DNA from: an uncultured Pelagibacteraceae bacterium | GTDB lineage: Bacteria > Pseudomonadota > Alphaproteobacteria > Pelagibacterales > Pelagibacteraceae | Assembly: GCA_902598735.1 (NCBI GenBank) | Contig: CACKCM010000004.1 | Location: forward strand, 3,787 to 67,786 | Direction of reading: 5' to 3' | Length of the DNA: 64,000 nt | Shown here: piece after piece, positions 41,381 to 49,308 of the stretch | Numbering within the stretch: the stretch's first letter is position 1 | Layout of the letters: every line of letters begins with the position of its first letter | Notes under the pieces: generated by a model | Databases searched by the model: none | What the model was told of the DNA's origin: nothing | What the model saw: the letters and a program-made list of their open reading frames with translations, nothing else | Translations under genes and position numbers: made by a program

Positions 41381-42749
41381 ATTTTTCCCTATATTTTTTA
41401 ACAACTGAAAGAGCGATTACATTTAAGAATAAAGTTACTATAAATAAAGATATTCCTAATGCAAAAGCTGATTGAGTTTTTGGATCTCCAAATTGTTGGT
41501 CTCCAATTAAAATTACTACAATTTGCGCTGTAATGGTTGAAGTTGATTCGAGTGGATTCATTGTAAGATTAGCCGCTAGTCCTGAGGCCATTACAACAAT
41601 CATTGTTTCTCCTACCGCTCTCGATACTGCTAAAAGTATCGAACCTACGATACCAGGTAGGGCTGCTGGAAAAATTACTTTTTTTACAGTTTCAGATTTT
41701 GTTGCGCCCATTGCGTAACTCCCATCTCTTAAATTTTGAGGTACTGCCGTCATAACGTCATCGCTTAGACTTGAAATAAAAGGAATTATCATTACTCCCA
41801 TAACTGCTCCTGCAGCTAAAGCGCTCTCCGCTGAAACTTCTAAACCCATAGCGTTACCAATTTCTTTAACAAAAGGACCGACGGTTAAAGCTGCAAAAAA
41901 ACCATATACCACTGTTGGAATACCAGCTAAAATCTCAATAATAGGTTTCGCATATTTTCTTACGCCTCTTCCGGCATACTCAGATAGATAAATCCCGCTT
42001 AACAAACCTATGGGGATGGCAACACACATTGCAATAAAAGCAATAAAAAAAGTTCCAGCAAATAAAGGTACAGCTCCGAAAGCATCCTTCATTAATTCAG
42101 GATCTGGTTGGCCATCTCTTACAAAAGTTTTAGCAGGATACCAATGAGTTCCGAATATAAAGTCAAAGATTTTTACTGCTTGAAAAAACCTAATCGCTTC
42201 GAATAAAAGTGAAAAAACTATTCCGATTGTAACTAAAACTGCGCCTAATGATGCAACAAATAACACCCATTTAAGAAAAATTTCTACTGGTTCTCTCATT
42301 CGATCATTTTTCTGAACAGATCTATACGCAAAACTCAGAGAGAAAATTAAAATTGCTAAAATAATTGCTACTTTAGCGCTGTTAGCTATTCCTTTTAATT
42401 GAATGTACTTATTAGCAGACTCATCTAGAAAATTAGTAATATTTCCCGTGTAAGTTCCTGCGGCTAATGCTTTAACCTTTGTGTAAATAAGCTGAAGCTC
42501 ATTTTTAGTTAAGTTCTGATCAGTGTAATCTTGTAAAATAAATGTTTTAACTATTGATGGTTCAAAAACTGACCAAAGAGCAAAAATTATTAATGCTGGT
42601 GCAGCACACCAAGCAGCTAAATAATATCCATAAAATTTTGGTAATGCCGTAAGTCTTTGTGATGATTGAATAACTAGAGCTTTTTTTCTACCGAAATAAT
42701 AACTTGTGAAAGCTAAGAGAATAATAAAAGTTACAAGTATTAAATTCAT
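41373..42749 (-). CDS. pstC: Phosphate ABC transporter permease PstC
   Basis: YLSEYA, LAGIPTVVYG and SRAVGETM motifs. Confidence 0.95.
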   Translation of the reverse strand: MNLILVTFIILLAFTSYYFGRKKALVIQSSQRLTALPKFYGYYLAAWCAAPALIIFALWSVFEPSIVKTFILQDYTDQNLTKNELQLIYTKVKALAAGTYTGNITNFLDESANKYIQLKGIANSAKVAIILAILIFSLSFAYRSVQKNDRMREPVEIFLKWVLFVASLGAVLVTIGIVFSLLFEAIRFFQAVKIFDFIFGTHWYPAKTFVRDGQPDPELMKDAFGAVPLFAGTFFIAFIAMCVAIPIGLLSGIYLSEYAGRGVRKYAKPIIEILAGIPTVVYGFFAALTVGPFVKEIGNAMGLEVSAESALAAGAVMGVMIIPFISSLSDDVMTAVPQNLRDGSYAMGATKSETVKKVIFPAALPGIVGSILLAVSRAVGETMIVVMASGLAANLTMNPLESTSTITAQIVVILIGDQQFGDPKTQSAFALGISLFIVTLFLNVIALSVVKKYREKYE

Positions 42750-42766
42750 ATTGAGCTTCCAGAGAT

Positions 42767-42793
42767 AAAAAGGGGGTAAAATACCCCCTTTTT
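42767..42793 (-). terminator. Hairpin between pstS and pstC (partial terminator or mRNA stabiliser)
   Basis: AAAAAGGGGGTA-N3-TACCCCCTTTTT. Confidence 0.8.
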
Positions 42794-42808
42794 GTTTAAT
42801 TGATACTA

Positions 42809-43813
42809 CTACTTCTTAGCAGGCATGTTAACTAACTTCGTAGCGTTAGTTCTAGATGTTTTGTATAACTTGCCATCTAGAGGTACTAGCCCGATATCAG
42901 TTAAATAACCTTTATTACCCATAGCTTTTTTACTTGTGAACTCTTTTACGAATTCATGTAAGCCAGGTACAACGCCCACGTGAGCTTTTTTCACATAGAA
43001 GAATAAAGGTCTTGCAACTGCGTAACTGTAATCTTGAATCGAAGATAGACTTGGTTGACCACCTTCAATGCTTGCAGCTTGCAATTTATCTTTTGCAGCT
43101 AAGAAATAACTGAAACCAAAGAAACCGAACATTTCTTTGTCCGCAGCTAATTTTTGAATAATAAGTGAGTCGTTCTCACCAACTTCAATTACCGCACCAT
43201 CTTCTCTTAACGCTTTATATTTAGCGCCAGCTTTTTTAGAAGCATCATCGATACCTTTTTTCATTACTAATGAATTCCAAGCATCTCTTGTTCCTGATGT
43301 TCCTGGAGGCACCATAACTTTGATAGGGTAGTTTGGTAATGATGAGTCGATATCACTCCAATTTTTATATGGATTTGGTACTAACGCACCATCTTTAGCA
43401 ACTTCTTTTGCTAATGCTGCCCATAATTGTTTTTTTGTAAAGTTTACTGGTTTAGCATCTTTAGAATAAGCTAACGTTATTCCGTCGTTACCAACTGTAA
43501 TCTCTACGATTTCTTCAACACCATTTTTTTGACATAGCGCATACTCTTTAGACTTCATAGCTCTAGATGCATTTGTTATGTCTGGGTGCTCTGTACCAAC
43601 TCCGGCACAAAATAATTTAGCTCCACCACCTGTTCCTGTTGACTCGATTACTGGTGTTTTAAATTTACCAGACGAACCAAATCTTTCAGCAACGATTGTT
43701 GCATACGGGAATACAGTTGAAGAACCTACGATTTTAATCTGATCTCTAGCTTGAGCAGAAGTTACAACTAACATTGCAACTAATGAAGCTAAAGCGATTG
43801 ATAGTTTTCTCAT
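42809..43813 (-). CDS. pstS: Phosphate-binding periplasmic protein
   Basis: Signal peptide, GSSTV.P, STGTGGG, NASR, SGTRD and RPLF.Y motifs. Confidence 0.96.
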   Translation of the reverse strand: MRKLSIALASLVAMLVVTSAQARDQIKIVGSSTVFPYATIVAERFGSSGKFKTPVIESTGTGGGAKLFCAGVGTEHPDITNASRAMKSKEYALCQKNGVEEIVEITVGNDGITLAYSKDAKPVNFTKKQLWAALAKEVAKDGALVPNPYKNWSDIDSSLPNYPIKVMVPPGTSGTRDAWNSLVMKKGIDDASKKAGAKYKALREDGAVIEVGENDSLIIQKLAADKEMFGFFGFSYFLAAKDKLQAASIEGGQPSLSSIQDYSYAVARPLFFYVKKAHVGVVPGLHEFVKEFTSKKAMGNKGYLTDIGLVPLDGKLYKTSRTNATKLVNMPAKK

Positions 43814-43881
43814 TGTTTATCCTTTCATTTATTAATTAATTAACAAACATTGGACTCATAGAATTAAGAGGACTCTTAATT

Positions 43882-43910
43882 ATTACAGATATGTTACAAA
43901 TTTATTAAAA
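43882..43910 (-). promoter_or_regulatory. PHO box (three 11-bp-spaced repeats) upstream of pstS
   Basis: Minus strand TTTTAAT-AAAT-TTGTAAC-ATAT-CTGTAAT, resembling CTGTCAT-N4 repeats. Confidence 0.85.
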
Positions 43911-43920
43911 TGATAACTTT

Positions 43921-44532
43921 TTAGTTGAACTTTCTAGTTATCTCGATTTGTTGATAATCAGAGGCTAAAGACCCTCCGCAACTAAAAGGTCTTACTTTAT
44001 TTTTAACTGCATAGGACTGAGTTGGCTTTAATGTAACTTCTAGTTGTACAAAGTTAACTAATTTTTGAGTAAAACCTTTATCATATCTCCACGCATTCCA
44101 TTGAGTGGGAGCGGTAAATACTTCGGTTAAATAAGATGCAGCTTGTGAGTGAATCATATTGCTCTCGTTTTGTCCTTTTAAAAGATTATTTTTAACTTTT
44201 TCAAAAATTTTTCTACATTTGATTGAGTCCGCCATGTACGAGTTCGCATTTAAATGAGTGCTCATCGGCGCTGACACAATTAATTGAATTCCATCGTATC
44301 GTCTTGAAAATAAAGCTTCAGTATAAATTGTAGATACATTTTTACTATCTACTTCAAAAACTAAATCGTTTTTAGCTTGCTTAAGATCGTTTTTCAGTCT
44401 TAGAAGCCCAAGATCAAAAACTGTAAGAGGTTGAGAACGTAAAGTTTTCTCTATTAAATTTACATCTGCTTTAACAGTTGTAAAAATTAAAGTTAATAAA
44501 ACCAGACTTATATAATTCATTAATCTAGTCAT
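43921..44532 (-). CDS. Hypothetical exported protein
   Basis: 203-aa ORF with a signal-peptide-like N-terminus (VKA|D) and two Cys; fills the phoR-pstS gap; no family recognised. Confidence 0.75.
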   Translation of the reverse strand: MTRLMNYISLVLLTLIFTTVKADVNLIEKTLRSQPLTVFDLGLLRLKNDLKQAKNDLVFEVDSKNVSTIYTEALFSRRYDGIQLIVSAPMSTHLNANSYMADSIKCRKIFEKVKNNLLKGQNESNMIHSQAASYLTEVFTAPTQWNAWRYDKGFTQKLVNFVQLEVTLKPTQSYAVKNKVRPFSCGGSLASDYQQIEITRKFN

Positions 44533-44573
44533 ACTAAAACTTTAACTATTTTGCCGTCTATCTCAAGACAAAA

Positions 44574-44590
44574 TTTAATAAAACTGTAAT
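44574..44590 (+). promoter_or_regulatory. Candidate two-repeat PHO box in plus orientation
   Basis: TTTAAT-AAAAC-TGTAAT, 11-bp spacing, same repeat types as the pstS box. Confidence 0.4.
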
Positions 44591-44595
44591 ATTTG

Positions 44596-45792
44596 CTAAA
44601 ATTTTGAAAAATGGACCTTTATTTCGGTGCCATTTTGAGGTTCACTTTTTATTTCTAGTTCTCCTCTATGCTGATTAACAATGTGCTTCACGATCGCCAT
44701 TCCAAGTCCAGTACCACCAACTTTTTTACTTTTAGCAGCATCAACTCTAAAAAATCTTTCTGTTATTCTAGGAAGTTGTTCAGTTGGAATTCCAATACCA
44801 TTATCTTTAATGGACACGGTATAAGAGTCTCCTATAACTTTTCCGTTACCTTGACCACAATTAATTTCAATCTTTTTATTTTTATCTGAATATTTTATAC
44901 TATTATCAATAATATTTGAAAAAACTTCAATTAATTTTTCATGATCGCCTTTAATAAAGAAATCATCTTTTATATTATTTTTAAATTCAAAAGGTTTTAA
45001 ATTTTTTTGATGGATATCTTCAACGTTATTTAAAATTTCTTTTAAATTTACTTTATCTTGAGGCTGTATATGTTCCTCTAACTCAATTCTACTTAATGAA
45101 AGTAAATCTTTAATTAAGCTTTCCATCCTATCAGCTTGCTCAAGCATTATCGGTATAAATTTTTTTTGTGCTTCTAAATCATCTTTCGCATGTCCGCTTA
45201 TAGTTTCTAAAAATCCTTTAATAGAAACTAAAGGCGTTTTAAGTTCATGGCTGACATTAGCTACAAAATCAGATTTAAACCTTTGCGCTTTTATAATATC
45301 AGTTAAATCTTTTAGAAATAAAACAACTGAGTCAGGATCATCGACATATGAGGTCGGTCCAGAGAATAGATGAACTTTAAAGAACTGAAATGAGGGAGAG
45401 GATAATTCTAAATCCATAGTAATTGTCTCTTTTTTTAAAAGCACTAAATCAATATTTTGGAGTAAATCAGGAACTCTCAATAAAGTAGCCACGTGCTTAT
45501 TTAAATTATTTTCTCCAAATTTTTTTTTTGCACTATTATTAAAAAATTTGATATTTTTAAATTTATCTACAATTAAAATTAGATCATCGATTTGATTTAT
45601 AATCTTTACTTGCTCATTAGTTTTTTCAATATTTTCATTGGTGATGTCTTCTATTCCCTCTTCATTATCAGCTGGTTTATTTTCTCTCTTAATATCGGAT
45701 CTTGCATCCATACCTGCTACAATTGATTTTCTGGATACTGCAATAACTACGATCACAATTATTCCAGCAAGAGAGTAAAATAATAATTCCAT
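44596..45792 (-). CDS. phoR: Phosphate regulon sensor histidine kinase
   Basis: One N-terminal TM, PAS-like region, DFVANVSHELKTPL, N..KYS, D.G.GI, ERFFRVD and GGTGLG.AIVKH. Confidence 0.92.
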   Translation of the reverse strand: MELLFYSLAGIIVIVVIAVSRKSIVAGMDARSDIKRENKPADNEEGIEDITNENIEKTNEQVKIINQIDDLILIVDKFKNIKFFNNSAKKKFGENNLNKHVATLLRVPDLLQNIDLVLLKKETITMDLELSSPSFQFFKVHLFSGPTSYVDDPDSVVLFLKDLTDIIKAQRFKSDFVANVSHELKTPLVSIKGFLETISGHAKDDLEAQKKFIPIMLEQADRMESLIKDLLSLSRIELEEHIQPQDKVNLKEILNNVEDIHQKNLKPFEFKNNIKDDFFIKGDHEKLIEVFSNIIDNSIKYSDKNKKIEINCGQGNGKVIGDSYTVSIKDNGIGIPTEQLPRITERFFRVDAAKSKKVGGTGLGMAIVKHIVNQHRGELEIKSEPQNGTEIKVHFSKF

Positions 45793-45834
45793 GATTTAAT
45801 TATACTTTAAAGATATAGACTAAAGAAATATTTT

Positions 45835-46842
45835 TTAGCGGTTTGATACCGCACTATTTAAAAAGATTTTTGCGCAATTTTCCCAGGTATATTTTTTTGC
45901 ATGCTCAATGCAAGCGCTTCTATCTGACTTAAGAGCTTCAAGTGCTGCTTTTTTAAGATCGTTGTTTAACGAGCCAATGTTTGTACCGTTAAAAATATCT
46001 TTTGGTCCTGCTACTGGGTAAGCAGCTACTGGCAATCCACATTTTAAAGCTTCTATAATTACAATTCCAAAAGTATCTGTTTTGCTCGGGAAAACAAAAA
46101 CATCAGAAGAAGCAAAGTAACTTGCAAGCTCACCATTTGTTCTCTCTCCTTTAAATATCGCTTCAGGGTATTCTTTTTTAAGTTTATCTAAATCAGGTCC
46201 TTTACCAACAACTAGTTTCGTGCCTTCTAACTCTAAATCCAGAAATGCTCTTATATTCTTCTCAATAGATACCCTTCCCACATAAAGATAAATTGGTCTT
46301 TTATACTCTAAATTAATCTTTTTAGGCTTTTGAAATGCTCCGTGGTTTGCCCCTCTAGTCCAAACAACCATCTTATCCTTATCAAAACCAATATCTTGAA
46401 GTTCATCTTTCATTGACTGAGTTGTTACTAAAATTTTTTCAGCCTTTGAGTGAAATCCTTTAAGGAACTTTTGAGCAAGCTTAATTGGCAAATAAGGATA
46501 GTATAGCTTCAAATATTTATCAAATTGAGTATGGTAAGACGTAGTAAACTTTAGCTTATTTTTTACACAGTATCTTTTTGCAAATATTCCTATCGGACCT
46601 TCTGTAGCTATGTGAATTATATCAGCATCAGCTTTAGAAATTAATCTACCTACTCTAGGCCAAACATTAAGAGAAAGTTTTATTTCATTATATTTTGGCA
46701 TTGGCACAGTAAAAAATTGATTAGGTTCAATATATTCAACCTGATGTCCAATTTTTTTTAATTCATCGCCAAGATTTTTTAAAGTTCTACAAACACCGTT
46801 CACTTGCGGATACCAGGCATCAGTAACGATTAAAATTTTCAT
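45835..46842 (-). CDS. GT4 glycosyltransferase, probable glycolipid synthase (Agt-like)
   Basis: TDAW.PQVNGV, HIATEGP.G, YVGRV..EKN and FPS.TDTFG.V..EA; immediately downstream of plcP. Confidence 0.85.
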   Translation of the reverse strand: MKILIVTDAWYPQVNGVCRTLKNLGDELKKIGHQVEYIEPNQFFTVPMPKYNEIKLSLNVWPRVGRLISKADADIIHIATEGPIGIFAKRYCVKNKLKFTTSYHTQFDKYLKLYYPYLPIKLAQKFLKGFHSKAEKILVTTQSMKDELQDIGFDKDKMVVWTRGANHGAFQKPKKINLEYKRPIYLYVGRVSIEKNIRAFLDLELEGTKLVVGKGPDLDKLKKEYPEAIFKGERTNGELASYFASSDVFVFPSKTDTFGIVIIEALKCGLPVAAYPVAGPKDIFNGTNIGSLNNDLKKAALEALKSDRSACIEHAKKYTWENCAKIFLNSAVSNR

Positions 46843-47658
46843 TTATTTATTTACTACTTTTAGATATGGCTCGTAATCAACAACATCACTTCTGATTTTA
46901 TCCCAGTCAATAACTTCCATGCGACCATCAAAATGTTCTACCAAGAAAGTTGCACCTTCTACCCAATCACCACAATTTAAATATCTCACACCATCTAAGA
47001 CTTGATCAGCGGAATGATGAATATGACCGCAAATTATTCCATCTACTTTTTTTCTTTTTGCATAGGCTGCTAAAACTTTTTCGTAATCGCCTATAAATTT
47101 TACAGCTTTCTTTACTTTGTGTTTTAAATATTTTGCTAAAGACCAATTACCCTTTTTAAATAATCTTCTAAAAAAATTGATAACAACATTAAACTCAAGT
47201 AAAAAACTATAAGCAATAGCTCCTACTTTTGATAACCATGGAGCATATTTCATCACTCCATCCCAGGCATCACCATGAACAACAATATACTTTTTATTAT
47301 CTGAGCTTACATGTATGGCTCTATTTACAACTTCAATATCGCCAAAATGTAATGGTAAAAATTTTCTGAAGACATCATCATGATTTCCAACAATATATTT
47401 TACTTTTGTTCCATGTCTTGCTTTTCTTAATGTTTTTTGAATCACATCATTATGTTCTTGAGGCCAGTAAAATTTTGTTTTTAAAGCCCAAACATCAATG
47501 ATATCACCAACAAGATATAAATTCTCTGACCTTGAATGTTTGTAAAATTCTAATAATTTATTTGCTGCACTTTTTCTATGCCCAAGGTGCAAGTCGGAAA
47601 TAAAGATGCTTTTGTAATTTAAAATCTTTCCCTTAGATTTAGTTTGAATTGTTTCCAT
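46843..47658 (-). CDS. plcP: PlcP-type phospholipase C (LpxH-like metallophosphoesterase) for P-limitation lipid remodelling
   Basis: SDLHLG, LVGDIID.W, GNHD, HGD, CGHIH and N.GDWVE motifs; PHO box upstream; glycosyltransferase downstream. Confidence 0.87.
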   Translation of the reverse strand: METIQTKSKGKILNYKSIFISDLHLGHRKSAANKLLEFYKHSRSENLYLVGDIIDVWALKTKFYWPQEHNDVIQKTLRKARHGTKVKYIVGNHDDVFRKFLPLHFGDIEVVNRAIHVSSDNKKYIVVHGDAWDGVMKYAPWLSKVGAIAYSFLLEFNVVINFFRRLFKKGNWSLAKYLKHKVKKAVKFIGDYEKVLAAYAKRKKVDGIICGHIHHSADQVLDGVRYLNCGDWVEGATFLVEHFDGRMEVIDWDKIRSDVVDYEPYLKVVNK

Positions 47659-47692
47659 ATTTTTTATAAAACGAATCTCTAGTACAAGTAGA

Positions 47693-47721
47693 ATCATAAA
47701 TATGTTACAGAATTGTTAAAA
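47693..47721 (-). promoter_or_regulatory. PHO box (three repeats) upstream of plcP
   Basis: Minus strand TTTTAAC-AATT-CTGTAAC-ATAT-TTATGAT aligns without gaps to the pstS box. Confidence 0.82.
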
Positions 47722-47722
47722 T

Positions 47723-48619
47723 ATGAATAAAAAATTGAATTTTGCGGTGATATTTAACGCAAATGCAGCAGGTGGTAGAAAACTTAAATTAATTAACAAG
47801 GTCATTAATCTTTTAGAAAAAAATCATATTGTAGATCTTTTTAAAACCGAAAGCGAAGATCATGCAAGGAATGTATTTAAAGAATTGTCTAATAAAAAAT
47901 TTGATCGGTTAGTATTTGCTGGCGGTGACGGGAGCGTATGTTTTGGTATTAATGAAATGTTTAAAAGTGATAATCTAAAAGACAAATTAGTTGGATACAT
48001 ACCTGCTGGCACTGCAAATATTTTACAAATAGAAACTCAAATTAAGAAAAAGGCGGAGGAGATTTACAACGTCCTAGTATCAGATAATCATAAGAAAATT
48101 TCATTAGCAAAAATAAATGATAAGTACTTTTTCTTGATGGCTGGTGTAGGTTTTGACTCTCGAATTGTTGAGTCCATTAATACTAATATTAAAAAGTATC
48201 TTGGAAAAGTAATTTTCGCTTTAAAAGGTTTTCAGCATTTTTTATTTTTAAAAAATAATAAAATGGAGGTTGAGGTAGATAATGAAAAAATTATGGCTGA
48301 TTGGATTTTATGTACTAATTCAAAATACTATGCTGGTCCCCATTCTATAACAAATGATACCAATATATTTGAAAACAGGATAGTGGCTTACATATTTAAA
48401 GACCTGACCAGAATAAAATTACTTTATTATGTTTGGTTAATTTTAACCAAAGGCGACTTAACTCCTGCAAAAAGTGTAATTAAAAAAGAATTGAACAGAT
48501 TAAAAATAAATGGTGTAAACAATAAAGTTCTATCACAGGTTGATGGTGAAAATTGTGGTTACGTAAACAGTCTTGAGATCCAAAAAACAGACAGATTTAT
48601 AAATTTATTAGTTCCGTAG
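47723..48619 (+). CDS. Diacylglycerol/lipid kinase family protein (DgkB/YegS type)
   Basis: FNANAAG, AGGDGS, PAGTAN, AGVGFD, N..YYAG and QVDGE motifs. Confidence 0.88.
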   Translation: MNKKLNFAVIFNANAAGGRKLKLINKVINLLEKNHIVDLFKTESEDHARNVFKELSNKKFDRLVFAGGDGSVCFGINEMFKSDNLKDKLVGYIPAGTANILQIETQIKKKAEEIYNVLVSDNHKKISLAKINDKYFFLMAGVGFDSRIVESINTNIKKYLGKVIFALKGFQHFLFLKNNKMEVEVDNEKIMADWILCTNSKYYAGPHSITNDTNIFENRIVAYIFKDLTRIKLLYYVWLILTKGDLTPAKSVIKKELNRLKINGVNNKVLSQVDGENCGYVNSLEIQKTDRFINLLVP

Positions 48620-48721
48620 GATTTTCTAAATTTTTTCAACTTTTAGTTTAAAAGATTTTTCTTAATTTAATTTGAAAAATTTTTTAGATTATTTTAGATT
48701 TTTCTTTTTTGGAGGAACAAT

Positions 48722-48919
48722 ATGAAAAAAAAGTTAAAAAAAAACGAAAAGAAAAAGAAAAAAATACTAAAATCAATCGATAAGCTTAAAAATAAGATAA
48801 GCACTAAACAAAAAAAACTATCAAAGATTGATCTAAAGATAGCTAGTATCGAGAAAAAAATCGCTGAAAAAAGAGCTAATAAAAATAAAGAACCTATTAC
48901 AGCATCTTTAAATAATTAG
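48722..48919 (+). CDS. Small Lys-rich coiled-coil hypothetical protein
   Basis: GGAGG SD at 48711-48715, heptad I/L pattern, own downstream hairpin. Confidence 0.7.
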   Translation: MKKKLKKNEKKKKKILKSIDKLKNKISTKQKKLSKIDLKIASIEKKIAEKRANKNKEPITASLNN

Positions 48920-48938
48920 TTTATAAAGTAATTAAATG

Positions 48939-48967
48939 CCCCTGATTTAAAAACATCAGGGGTTTAC
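48939..48967. terminator. Hairpin terminator between the Lys-rich ORF and the SMR gene
   Basis: CCCCTGAT-N8-ATCAGGGG followed by TTTAC. Confidence 0.65.
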
Positions 48968-49308
48968 TTTAATTTACCAAAAAGGTTTAAAAGTATAACT
49001 CCTGAAACAATTAAAATTAATCCAACAGTACCATAAAGATTAGGAGTTTGATTGTATTTAAATATTCCAAATAATGTAACTGCAGTTATCGTTAATGCTC
49101 CGTAAGTGGCATAAGTAAATCCCACAGGTATTATAGTCATTGCCCTAGATAAACAAAAAATACAAACAACAATACTTGTGATGCAAAAAATTGTTGGTGT
49201 GAGCTTGGTAAAACTTTCTGTAGTTTTAAGAAAACCGTTAGTGGCAATACCTGTTATGATTGCAACAATTAAATAAATATATCCACTAAATAAACTTATA
49301 CTTTTCAT
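48964..49308 (-). CDS. SMR/DMT family small transporter
   Basis: Four TMs; LK...F, IPVG..YA.Y and G..LI..GV..L patterns; the usual TM1 Glu is not evident. Confidence 0.75.
   Translation of the reverse strand: MKSISLFSGYIYLIVAIITGIATNGFLKTTESFTKLTPTIFCITSIVVCIFCLSRAMTIIPVGFTYATYGALTITAVTLFGIFKYNQTPNLYGTVGLILIVSGVILLNLFGKLK

Noticed and set aside
46843-47697. Annotation as lipid A enzyme LpxH, and the longer 284-aa start
   Set aside because: PHO box, GT4 neighbour and DAG kinase context indicate PlcP; the upstream start lies inside the PHO box
32612-48919. P block as a prophage, ICE or transposon
   Set aside because: No integrase, transposase, phage genes or tRNA-anchored att site; composition similar to the flanks
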